Below, piece by piece: positions 6,590 to 14,947 of a stretch of DNA of 17,636 bases. The DNA is from Candidatus Methylomirabilia bacterium (GTDB taxonomy: Bacteria > Methylomirabilota > Methylomirabilia > Rokubacteriales > CSP1-6): positions 1 to 17,636 of the forward strand of contig JBHIBG010000056.1 in assembly GCA_046758965.1 (NCBI GenBank), written 5' to 3'. The position numbers and the translations under genes were made by a program. The first letter of the stretch is position 1, and each line of letters opens with the position of its first letter. A model generated the notes under the pieces. That model did not search any database. It was not told where the DNA came from and was given only the letters and a program-made list of their open reading frames with translations.

Positions 6590-6619
6590 AGCATAGGTGA
6601 ATCGTGGAAGAGCTGTCAA
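6590..6619 (-). promoter_or_regulatory. Sigma70-type promoter for the crotonase-boxB operon
   Basis: TTGACA (6619-6614), 18-nt spacer, TATGCT (6595-6590). Supports the 6493 start over the longer ORF call. Confidence 0.7.
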
Positions 6620-6661
6620 GGCGGCCGAGGGATGCGCCGATTGCACGGGCCACCAAGCTCA

Positions 6662-7016
6662 GGATATTTCGCCTGCCTCGCCAAGCGCTTTGTCATCATC
6701 ATGCCCCAGGAGCGCCATCGCTTTAAGGAGCGTGTGGACTACATCACATCTCCGGGGTACGGCGAGGGGGGTGATTGGTGCAGGCGCGTGGGGCCCGGCT
6801 GCGGTGATCACCACCTTGGGGGTGTTCCGCTTCGACTCCGAGGAAAACGAAGCCTACCTCGCCTCCTACCACCCAGGCCAGAGCGTAGAGGCAGCCAGGT
6901 CCCAGACGGGCTGGCAACTCAAAATCGCCCCGGACGTCCGTGAGACTCCCGGCCCGACCGAGGAGGAACTCGATATCGTGCGGGCCCGTGATCCCGCGGG
7001 CTTCTGGATGCGCTAG
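6662..7016 (+). pseudogene. 5'-truncated, frameshifted CoA-transferase beta subunit (GctB/CatJ family) remnant
   Basis: One frame reads ACLAKRFVIIMPQERHRFKERVDYITSPGYGEGGDWCRRVG. At about 6791-6794 it shifts to GPAAVITTLGVFRFD...YLASYHPGQSVE...TGWQLKIAPDVRETPGPTEEELDIVRARDP. No N-terminal half and no alpha subunit. Confidence 0.85.
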
Positions 7017-7035
7017 CTCGGTCGGAAGGGGGGGC

Positions 7036-7064
7036 TTGATTGGCCCCCGGGGAGGTGCTATCAT
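7036..7064 (+). promoter_or_regulatory. Sigma70-type promoter of dctP
   Basis: TTGATT (7036-7041), 17-nt spacer, extended -10 TGc-TATCAT (7056-7064). RBS AGGAGGT precedes ATG 7120. Confidence 0.7.
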
Positions 7065-7119
7065 CCCCTCCTAATCAGGGACCGTTCTCACCACTTTTTT
7101 CGTCAGCAGGAGGTGACCT

Positions 7120-8205
7120 ATGGAGCGACGCAAGTTTCTTGTCAAGGCAGGCGGCGTGCTGGTCGCCGCCGGGGCAGCCACCGCCGTGGATGCCCCGAAC
7201 GTCATCGCCCAGCCGAAGTTCAAGTGGCGGTTGTCCACGAGCTGGCCGCCCAACTTCCCGCCGCTGCATCACGGCGCGGTGCTGTTCGCGAAGACCGTGG
7301 AGACCGCCACGAATGGCAGGCTCAAGATCGACGTCTTCGCCGGCGGCGAGCTGATACCCGCGCTCGGGAACTTCGAGGCCGCCCGCCAGGGCACCATCGA
7401 AGCCGGCCACAGCGCCGCCTACTACTGGGCCGGGAAGGAGCCCGCCACGCAGTGGTTCACGGCCGTGCCCTTCGGCCTGAACGCCCAGGGCACCCAGGCC
7501 TGGCTCACCTCGGGTGGCGGGCAGAAGGTTTACGAGGAGGTCTACGATGCCTTCAACCTGATCCCCCGGCGCGTCGGGGCAACGGGTGTCCAGATGGGCG
7601 GGTGGTTCAGGAAGAAGATCCAGTCGATCGACGACTACAAGGGTCTCAAGATGAGGATCCCCGGGCTCGGCGGCAAGGTCGTCGCCAAGGCTGGGGGGAC
7701 CGTGGTGCTGCTCGCAGCCGGAGACATCTTTACCTCGCTTGAGCGGGGTGTGATCGACGCGACGGAATGGGTCGGGCCCTACCAGGACAAGCGTCTCGGC
7801 TTGCACCAGGCGGCGAAGTTCTACCACTACCCCGGCTGGCACGAGCCGGGAACCTCCGGGGAGATCTTCTTCAACAAGAAGGCGTACCAGAAGCTCCCGG
7901 TGGCCTTCCAGCGCATCGTCGACGCGGCCTGCGAGTACGCCGGGACCTGGATCTTCATGGAGCACGAAGCCCGCAACGCGGTGGCGCTCGATGAGCTAAT
8001 CACCAAGCACAAGGTCCAGGTGATCAAGTTCCCCGATTCGGTCCTCTCGGCACTCAGAAAGCTGGCTGAGGAGGTCGTCGGGGAACAGGCCGAGAGCAGC
8101 CCGATGGCCAAGAAGGTCGCCGAGAACCATGACAAGTTCAGGAAGAACTGGCTCGCCTGGTCCAACCTCTCCGAGCGCGCTTACTACAACATGATGTTCG
8201 CGTAG
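7120..8205 (+). CDS. dctP: TRAP transporter substrate-binding protein (DctP/TakP type), Tat-exported
   Basis: MERRKFL twin-arginine signal, APNVIAQ, AYYWAGK, QMGGWFRK, GLKMRIPGLGG, ERGVIDATEWVGP, YPGWHEPG. Confidence 0.93.
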   Translation: MERRKFLVKAGGVLVAAGAATAVDAPNVIAQPKFKWRLSTSWPPNFPPLHHGAVLFAKTVETATNGRLKIDVFAGGELIPALGNFEAARQGTIEAGHSAAYYWAGKEPATQWFTAVPFGLNAQGTQAWLTSGGGQKVYEEVYDAFNLIPRRVGATGVQMGGWFRKKIQSIDDYKGLKMRIPGLGGKVVAKAGGTVVLLAAGDIFTSLERGVIDATEWVGPYQDKRLGLHQAAKFYHYPGWHEPGTSGEIFFNKKAYQKLPVAFQRIVDAACEYAGTWIFMEHEARNAVALDELITKHKVQVIKFPDSVLSALRKLAEEVVGEQAESSPMAKKVAENHDKFRKNWLAWSNLSERAYYNMMFA

Positions 8206-8223
8206 CCGAGCGCGGCCATACGC

Positions 8224-8262
8224 AGGGCGGCGAGGCTCTTCAAGCTCCGCCGCCCTTTTTTT
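8224..8262 (+). terminator. Rho-independent terminator after dctP
   Basis: AGGGCGGCG (8224-8232)/CGCCGCCCT (8248-8256) stem followed by T7, between convergent dctP and dctM. Confidence 0.85.
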
Positions 8263-8275
8263 GTCGACCTCGCGC

Positions 8276-9601
8276 CTAGCCCCGGCCGAACACGTAGGCT
8301 GGCAGCCAGGTAGCGAGCTCAGGGAATATCGCTACGACCATCAGGCCGACGAGCTGGACGGTCACGAACGGAATGATCCCCCGGTAGATGTGGCCGGTGG
8401 TGACCTCCCGGGGAGAGACGCTCTTCAGGTAGAACAGCGCGTAGCCGAAGGGCGGGGTCAGGAAGGAGGTCTGGAGGTTCACCGCCAGGAGGATGCAGAA
8501 CCAGATCGGGTCGATCCCGAGGTCGATCAGGATGGGAGCGATGACCGGGACGTGGATGAAGGTGATCTCGATGAAGTCCAGGAAGAAGCCCAGGAGGAAG
8601 ATGAGCGTCATCACGATCGCGAGGAGGCCGTAGGCGCCGAACGGGAGGTAGGCGATGCCGCTGCGGATGAGGCCGTCCCCTCCGAGCCCCCGGAAGGTCA
8701 GGCCGAACGCGGAGGCTCCCACCAGGATCGTGAACACCATGGTGGTGAGCCGGGTCGTCCTGATCATCACCTCCCGCGCCACAGGGTAGGTGAGCTTCCG
8801 GTTGAGAAACGCCAGCAGCATGGCGCCGCTCGCCCCCATCGCCGCCGCCTCGGTGGGCGAGGCGATCCCGAAGAAGATCGAGCCGAGAACCGCGACCATG
8901 AGGAATGCGGGGGGGATCAGAGCCCGGCCGACCCGGATGGCGAACTCGCGTCGCGAGATCGCGGCGAGTTCCTCTTGCGGGATCGGCGGGGCCATCTCCG
9001 GCGACAGAAACGCCCTCACGAGGATGTATATGATGTAGAGCGCCACGAGGGCGAACCCCGGGAGGAGGGCTGCGACGAAGAGGTTGCCAACCGAGACACC
9101 GACGATGTCGCCGACGATCACGAGGACGATGCTGGGAGGGATGATCTGCCCGAGGGTACCCGACGCGGCAATGGTGCCGGTCGCGAGCTCAGGCCGATAC
9201 CCCCGCCGGAGCATCGTGGGGAGGGCAAGCAACCCCATCGTGACCACCGTGGCCCCCACGATCCCCGTTGAAGCCGCGAGCAATGCCCCCACCACGACGA
9301 TGGAGACGGCGAGGCCGCCGCGGATGCGGCCGAAGCAGAGAGCCATGGTGTCAATGAGATCCTCGGCCAGCCCCGAGCGCTCGAGCATGACTCCCATGAA
9401 GACGAAGAGCGGGACCGCGAGGAGAACCTGGTTGGTCATGGTCCCCCAGATCCTGAGCGGCAAGAGCTCGAAGAGCCGGAACCCGAAGCCGATGAGCCCG
9501 AAGGTCAGCGCGACGCCGCCCAGCGTGAAGGCGACCGGGTAGCCGGCCATGAGGAGAATCGTGAGGACGACGAACATCCAGAGGGGGAGGAGCTCAGCCA
9601 C
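8276..9601 (-). CDS. dctM: TRAP transporter large permease DctM
   Basis: Hydrophobic 441 aa; LLAVPLFVFMG, AASTGIVGATV, GTLGQIIPPS, PTEAAA, QTSFLTPPFG. Confidence 0.95.
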   Translation of the reverse strand: MAELLPLWMFVVLTILLMAGYPVAFTLGGVALTFGLIGFGFRLFELLPLRIWGTMTNQVLLAVPLFVFMGVMLERSGLAEDLIDTMALCFGRIRGGLAVSIVVVGALLAASTGIVGATVVTMGLLALPTMLRRGYRPELATGTIAASGTLGQIIPPSIVLVIVGDIVGVSVGNLFVAALLPGFALVALYIIYILVRAFLSPEMAPPIPQEELAAISRREFAIRVGRALIPPAFLMVAVLGSIFFGIASPTEAAAMGASGAMLLAFLNRKLTYPVAREVMIRTTRLTTMVFTILVGASAFGLTFRGLGGDGLIRSGIAYLPFGAYGLLAIVMTLIFLLGFFLDFIEITFIHVPVIAPILIDLGIDPIWFCILLAVNLQTSFLTPPFGYALFYLKSVSPREVTTGHIYRGIIPFVTVQLVGLMVVAIFPELATWLPAYVFGRG

Positions 9602-10133
9602 GGTGGCTCCCCCCCTCGGTGGGCTCCGCCCAGCCCATCGCCGCCACGAGATTGTTCAGCAAATGGGAAACTCCCTGAAAGGCCAGGAGCGCGAAGCCTA
9701 CGGGAATAGCCGTCTTGAGGAGATAGCGGAACGGAATGCCGCCAGGGTCCGGGGACCCTTCCCAGTCGGTCCAGGAGTTGCCGACAAACGGGAGCGAGGC
9801 GTTGATCAGCAGAAAACATGTCGGGAAGAGGAAAAGCAGCGCACCCCCGACGTTGACCCACGCCTTCCCCCGCGGGCCCAGCCGGGCGTAGAAAATGTCC
9901 ACGCGGACGTGGGAGTCATGCCTCAATCCATAGCCGGCCGCCAGGAGGAAGACGAGAGAGAAGAGGTACCACTCGATCTCCTGCATGAAGACGTAGCTAA
10001 TTTGGAAGATGTATCGCATGATGACGTCGTAGGCGGTCAGGACCACCATTAGGAGCGTCAACCAGGAAACAGCCCGCCCCACCCAGTCGCTAATCTCGTC
10101 TATCTTGCCGATCACGCTCGAGACGTAACGCAC
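9594..10133 (-). CDS. dctQ: TRAP transporter small permease DctQ
   Basis: DVIMRYIF, QEIEW, HVRVDIFY, EGSPDPGGIP, four TM-like stretches. Start uncertain (GTG 10133 after GAGGAG, or GTG 10178). Confidence 0.9.
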   Translation of the reverse strand: MRYVSSVIGKIDEISDWVGRAVSWLTLLMVVLTAYDVIMRYIFQISYVFMQEIEWYLFSLVFLLAAGYGLRHDSHVRVDIFYARLGPRGKAWVNVGGALLFLFPTCFLLINASLPFVGNSWTDWEGSPDPGGIPFRYLLKTAIPVGFALLAFQGVSHLLNNLVAAMGWAEPTEGGSHRG

Positions 10134-10205
10134 GCTCAGACTTCTCTCCTCGAGCTGCCCCACTGTTATCCAGGACACACACCGGCGGCTCGCAAAACTT
10201 CCTGC

Positions 10206-10234
10206 ACCTTAGCCTAACTGCCCCCCGGTGTCAA
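10206..10234 (-). promoter_or_regulatory. Sigma70-type promoter for dctQM
   Basis: TTGACA (10234-10229), 17-nt spacer, TAAGGT (10211-10206). Confidence 0.62.
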
Positions 10235-10390
10235 TGGCGCCGGGCACTTCTGTAGACCGCACATAGGCCGACCGCTCCCGAGGACAAGCGAAGTGGCCGC
10301 TCCCGAGCACGGTGGGAGAGATCGACATGAGCAGAGAGCAGGGACCAGACATGACGTTGCTCAGGCGGGCCGGAGCTACCGGCGTTCAGC

Positions 10391-10429
10391 AACTGGAGCC
10401 CAAATCTCACCATGCGAGCGGCTCCAGTT
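10391..10429. repeat. 10-bp inverted repeat downstream of the ABC operon
   Basis: AACTGGAGCC (10391-10400)/GGCTCCAGTT (10420-10429), 19-nt loop, 27 nt past the permease stop. No U-tract. Confidence 0.55.
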
Positions 10430-10456
10430 CAGACCACACCGAATATGTCCTCGCGG

Positions 10457-11311
10457 CTACTTGATCGCTCCGACCGTGAATCCCGAGATAAACCGGTCGA
10501 CGAAGAAGTTGTACAAGATCGCGATGGGGAGGCTCGCGATGAAGCACCCGGCCATCAGCGACCCCCAGAAGTAGACATCCCCCCGTACGAGGAAGGTCGG
10601 GACCCCCACGCTGACGGTGAACTTCGATGCGGCAGTGATGAACGTCAGGGCGTACACGAACTCCTGCATGACGAGCGTGAAGCTGAAGATCACCACCGTG
10701 AGGATTCCGGCGATGGAGATGGGGATCACGATGCGCACGAAGGCCCCGAGCCGACTGTAGCCGTCGATCATGGCCGCTTCCTCGAGGTCTGTGGGGATCG
10801 CCTTGAAGAACCCCATCAAGAGCCAGGTGCAGAACGGCACGGTAAAGCTCGGATAGACCAGCACCAGGGACCAGAGAGAATCCTGGAGGCCGAGGTTGCC
10901 GATCACTCGGGAGAGGGGAATGAATAGGATGGTGGGGGGGACCAGGTAGGTGAGGAAGATCCCGATCCCGAGCTGCTCTCCCGCCCGTCCCGTCAACCGC
11001 GCGAGGCTGTAGCCTGCCGGAATAGCCAGGACCAAGGTGATGACCACCACGATCACGCCGACGAAGGCGGTGTTCGCGAGCCATCTCCCGTACAAGGTGT
11101 CAAAGAACAGGACCTTCAAATGTTCCAGGGTCGCAGGATCATTGAATAGAAAGGGGTTGTTCTCGGTGTTCAGGAGATCACGAGTTTGTTTGAAGGTGGT
11201 GATGAGCATCCAGTAGAACGGGAAAGCGGCGAAGGTGGCGAATGCGGCCACGATGCCGAAATGGCCACCGGTTACGCCCCACGTCTTGAGCCGGGAGAGC
11301 GGACGGGCCAT
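10457..11311 (-). CDS. CUT1-type ABC transporter permease (MalG-like)
   Basis: Start reassigned to ATG 11311 (MARPLSRLK). FPFYWMLITTFK, EAA loop IPTDLEEAAMIDG, FISGFTVGAIK. Confidence 0.93.
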   Translation of the reverse strand: MARPLSRLKTWGVTGGHFGIVAAFATFAAFPFYWMLITTFKQTRDLLNTENNPFLFNDPATLEHLKVLFFDTLYGRWLANTAFVGVIVVVITLVLAIPAGYSLARLTGRAGEQLGIGIFLTYLVPPTILFIPLSRVIGNLGLQDSLWSLVLVYPSFTVPFCTWLLMGFFKAIPTDLEEAAMIDGYSRLGAFVRIVIPISIAGILTVVIFSFTLVMQEFVYALTFITAASKFTVSVGVPTFLVRGDVYFWGSLMAGCFIASLPIAILYNFFVDRFISGFTVGAIK

Positions 11312-11312
11312 C

Positions 11313-12266
11313 TCAGGCCACCTCTGCGCGCCGGGCGATCCTGAGGAGCAGGATGGCGCCCGCGACCAGCACCGGGAAGAGGAATAGGGCGATGGCCGCG
11401 CCCCCGGCGAGGTCGCCTCCGTCAATTCCGGTAAAGAAGGCCAGGCTCGCCAGGACCTGGGTCGTGTCGTACGGGCCACCCCGGGTGAGCACATAGATCA
11501 CGATCATGTCGGTGAAGGCGAACACGATCCCGAACAAGACGGCCACGAGCATGATCGGAAGGACCAGCGGGATAGTGATCTGGAACAGATGCCGCCAGAA
11601 TCCGGCCCCATCGACCGCTGCGGCGTCGTGGATGTCTTGGGGGATGGAGCTGAGGCCCGCGAGGAGGATGACCGTCGCCAGGGGCAGCAGCCGCCAGACA
11701 TGAACCGTGATGATGGAGGCCATGGCGAGGTGAGGCTGACCGAGCCAGATGGGCCAGGTGCCGGGGCCGAAGATGCCAACGGCGCTGAGACTCCAGTTGA
11801 TCACGCTGTAAACCGAATCCAGGATCCAGAGCCAGCCGATGCTCCCGAGCGAGATGGGCGCCACCCAGGGGAGCAGGATCAAGAGCCGGACCAGCCACTT
11901 CCCGCGGAAATCCTTCAGGAGGGCCAGCGCCAGCACCTTGGCCAGGACGAGCACGACCGCCTGGGAGATGAAGGCGAAGATGAAGGTGTTCCAGAGGGCC
12001 CGCCGGAAGGTGGGGTTCTGCACCACATGCGTGAAATTTTCGAGGCCGACAAATCTGAGGCTCACACTGCCAACAGTCACGTCGCTCAGGCTGTAATAGA
12101 GCGCCAGGAAGAAGGGGAAGCCGATCAGGGCCGTAATGTACAGGATGGCGGGCGCGATCATCAGTCGCCCGAGCCAGGTCTCGTTGTCCAGAACGTCGCT
12201 CAGGCGGCCTCCACGGACCTTTACCCCCACCGAGACAGCTCGCTCGAGAACTTCCATCTCCGTCAC
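11313..12266 (-). CDS. CUT1-type ABC transporter permease (MalF-like)
   Basis: FVGLENF, LILLPW, EAA loop IPQDIHDAAAVDGAG, LTRGGP. GTGA overlap with the ATPase stop. Confidence 0.93.
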   Translation of the reverse strand: MTEMEVLERAVSVGVKVRGGRLSDVLDNETWLGRLMIAPAILYITALIGFPFFLALYYSLSDVTVGSVSLRFVGLENFTHVVQNPTFRRALWNTFIFAFISQAVVLVLAKVLALALLKDFRGKWLVRLLILLPWVAPISLGSIGWLWILDSVYSVINWSLSAVGIFGPGTWPIWLGQPHLAMASIITVHVWRLLPLATVILLAGLSSIPQDIHDAAAVDGAGFWRHLFQITIPLVLPIMLVAVLFGIVFAFTDMIVIYVLTRGGPYDTTQVLASLAFFTGIDGGDLAGGAAIALFLFPVLVAGAILLLRIARRAEVA

Positions 12267-13297
12267 GAGAGGGATCGGCGCCCTGTGCGGAGCCCCGTGG
12301 CGGGGTCGAAGAACTTCAGGTCCTTCTCCCTGACGGCGAACTCGTACGTCTCCCCTTGTCCGATAGGGACCGTCACGGTGGAGGGCAGCTTTGCGATGAC
12401 CTTGTTGTCGGGGAACGGACGGCCGACGAACCCGTACACCAGGCGGTCAGCCCCGAGATGCTCCACGCGGGTCACGCGGAATGAGAGCGTGACCAGCGCG
12501 TCCTTGCCCTCATGGATCTCCTTTGGCAAGAAGTGTTCGGGCCGAAATCCGACGACGGCGTCCCTCCGTTCCACCAGGTTCATCGGCGGCGAGCCTAGAA
12601 AAGACGCCACGAAGGTGTCGGCCGGCTCGTCGTACACTTCCTGAGGGGACCCAATCTGCCTTACCATGCCGTTCTGCATCACCGCGATCCGGTCTCCAAG
12701 CCCCATCGCTTCCACCTGATCGTGGGTCACATAGATGGTGGTGGTCCCAATCCGCCTCTGCAGCTGCTGAAGCTCGTCCCGCGCCGAGGCCCGGAGCTTG
12801 GCGTCGAGGTTCGAGAGTGGTTCGTCCAGGAGAAAGACGGTGGGTTCCCGCACCAGAGCCCGGGCGAGAGCCACCCGCTGACGCTCTCCGCCTGACAGCT
12901 CACGGGGCTTTCGGTGGAGGAGTTTCTCGATGCCGAACATGGAGGCGGCCCACTCGACCTTTGTCGGGATATCCGCCTTGGCCACCCCCTGGGCCTTCAA
13001 GGGGAAGGCAATGTTCTTGAAGACGCTCATGTGAGGGTACAGGGCGTAGCTCTGGAAGACCATCGCGATCTTCCTGGCCCTGGGAGGCAATTCGTTTACC
13101 ACCTGCCCCCCGATGAGCACCTCACCGGCACTGGCCTTCTCCAGCCCGCCGATGACCCGGAGGAGGGTGGTCTTTCCACACCCCGACGGCCCCAGGAGGA
13201 CAAGGAATTCGCCTTCCTTGGTCGAGAGATCCACCCCATCCACCGCCCGGACGTCACCGAAGTACTTCTTGATGCTCCTGGTCTCTACCGTTGCCAT
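12263..13297 (-). CDS. ABC transporter ATP-binding protein (MalK/UgpC family)
   Basis: Walker A GPSGCGKT, VFQSYALYPHM, LSGGERQR, LLDEPLSNLD, VTHDQVEAM, FLGSPPMN, TOBE-like C-terminus. Confidence 0.96.
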   Translation of the reverse strand: MATVETRSIKKYFGDVRAVDGVDLSTKEGEFLVLLGPSGCGKTTLLRVIGGLEKASAGEVLIGGQVVNELPPRARKIAMVFQSYALYPHMSVFKNIAFPLKAQGVAKADIPTKVEWAASMFGIEKLLHRKPRELSGGERQRVALARALVREPTVFLLDEPLSNLDAKLRASARDELQQLQRRIGTTTIYVTHDQVEAMGLGDRIAVMQNGMVRQIGSPQEVYDEPADTFVASFLGSPPMNLVERRDAVVGFRPEHFLPKEIHEGKDALVTLSFRVTRVEHLGADRLVYGFVGRPFPDNKVIAKLPSTVTVPIGQGETYEFAVREKDLKFFDPATGLRTGRRSLS

Positions 13298-13356
13298 ACA
13301 CCCCCTGAGTGCTCCCGAGCTGGGCTGAGCCTCGTCCGGAGCCTGCCCTCAACACC

Positions 13357-13520
13357 GAGGGAGGCTCCGTGAGCCGGAGCCTCCCTCTCTTACGCTCGGA
13401 GGGGGGCTTCGCCCCCCTACACTCGCCTGCGGCTCGCGCTCTGCCGAGCCTCGCCGAGGCGAGACTGCTTCGCGTGCCGATTCTCCCCCCGGGGCCTGCG
13501 CCGAAAAAGCCGGCGCCCGA
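13357..13520. repeat. Cluster of REP-like palindromes inside the ABC operon
   Basis: GAGGGAGGCTCCG-tgagc-CGGAGCCTCCCTC (13357-13387, 13 bp perfect), AGGGGGGC-TTC-GCCCCCCT (13400-13418), plus further short hairpins at 13420-13517. Confidence 0.7.
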
Positions 13521-13526
13521 ACGCGG

Positions 13527-14858
13527 CTAAATCATCCCCTTCCCCTTCCACTTAGCCCAGATACGCTTGCACGCCGCATCGGCGCGACTGATCGCGTTCT
13601 CAGGGGTCTCCGCGCCGGTAGCTGCCTTCGCAAACATCGTGTTCAACACCCAGGTGCTGAACACCTCGTCGATCGCCGCGTTGGCGTACCCCGGATAGCC
13701 AACGTTCGTCGCCCACTCCAGGACATCCTCCAGGACCTTGTACTTATCGGGGGGCTTGGCTTTGGGATCGTTGGCGACGAGCTTCTTCAAGTCGGGAACT
13801 GTCTGGGGGAAGCAGGGGAAGTTGTAGAACTCGCTCGCCATGAACCCCCGCCTGAAGTTGCCGATATAGTCCACAAGGAACTGCTTTGCTCCCTCGATGT
13901 TGGCGGCGAACTTCCAGATCACGTAGACGTCCATCACGTGCTCGAGGCCGATCCGCCGCACCGGGCCCTGGGGTGCCTTCGCCAACCAGATGTTGTCGAC
14001 GACTGCGATCTTCTTGTTCTCCCCGGTCCGCGTAATGGAGATCGCGTTGAGCGCCAGGGAGCCTTTGCCTGCCAGCATGAAGCGGTTGTTCGAGGAGGCG
14101 TCCCAGGCCAGGACCTCCGGGGTCATCGTCTCTTGGAAGAGGGCCCTCACGAACTTGACGGCCTCAAGCGTCTGCTTGGAGTTGAGGACCAGGTTCCCCG
14201 CTGCATCCTGGACGGAGGCCCCGAAGGCGTACATGATGGCGCGCATCGCCATGCCGGTGTCGATCTCTGCCGACAGGCCGATCCCCACGGGCTTGCCGTG
14301 CTTCTGCTTGATCTTTCGCCCTCCGGCCCGCACGTCGTCCCAGGTGTTCGGGAACATGCCGACATCGTCCCACAGGTCCTTCCGGTAGTTGACAGGGTCG
14401 GGGACGTAGCTGTCGGAGAAGCCGTAGAACTTCCTGGTCTTGGGGTTGTACGTGCTCCTGATGGCCAGTTCGATCGCCTTGCCGTATTTGCGCTGGCACT
14501 CGTCGTAGACTTCCCTGTGGTCGATCACCTGGTCTTCGAACACCGGAGGCGGCCACAGGAACATAAACAGGTCGTGCCCCTTCTGGGCTGAAACCTCGGC
14601 GGCCGCGCGCGAGTTGAGCCCTGCGAGGCCGATGTTGTCCACGATCACTTCGGTATTGTTCTTCGCCCCCCACTCCTTGATGTAGGTGTTGTTGAACCAC
14701 TTGTCGTACCCCGGAACGAAGTGGTTCCACTGGAGGATCTTGAGCGTCTTGGCCGCGTGGGCCCGCCCCGGGATGATGATATTCGCCCCGATCCCCGCCG
14801 CCACCGCGCCTGCCCCGGTGGCCTTGATGAATTCACGCCGACTTACCCTTCCAGCCAT
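13527..14858 (-). CDS. ABC transporter extracellular solute-binding protein (CUT1 family), Tat-exported
   Basis: Start reassigned to ATG 14858 (MAGRVSRREFIK twin-arginine signal, AHA cleavage site). YRKDLW, PNTWDD, WDASSNN. Confidence 0.92.
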   Translation of the reverse strand: MAGRVSRREFIKATGAGAVAAGIGANIIIPGRAHAAKTLKILQWNHFVPGYDKWFNNTYIKEWGAKNNTEVIVDNIGLAGLNSRAAAEVSAQKGHDLFMFLWPPPVFEDQVIDHREVYDECQRKYGKAIELAIRSTYNPKTRKFYGFSDSYVPDPVNYRKDLWDDVGMFPNTWDDVRAGGRKIKQKHGKPVGIGLSAEIDTGMAMRAIMYAFGASVQDAAGNLVLNSKQTLEAVKFVRALFQETMTPEVLAWDASSNNRFMLAGKGSLALNAISITRTGENKKIAVVDNIWLAKAPQGPVRRIGLEHVMDVYVIWKFAANIEGAKQFLVDYIGNFRRGFMASEFYNFPCFPQTVPDLKKLVANDPKAKPPDKYKVLEDVLEWATNVGYPGYANAAIDEVFSTWVLNTMFAKAATGAETPENAISRADAACKRIWAKWKGKGMI

Positions 14859-14947
14859 GGGCTGCCCCTCCCTTCGGAGGCCTGAACCGGGAGGCATCTC
14901 CAGCCTCGCCCTCTCTGTATTCGGTACGCCTCCCGCATGGCCTACCC

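Noticed and set aside
5690..6943. 417-aa + strand ORF
   Set aside because: Antisense shadow of the crotonase; only about 6662-6793 is real coding-derived sequence (the CoA-transferase remnant).
13309..13530. 73-aa + strand ORF, or a CRISPR-like array
   Set aside because: It is a translation of palindromic repeats; there are no regularly spaced identical repeats with unique spacers.
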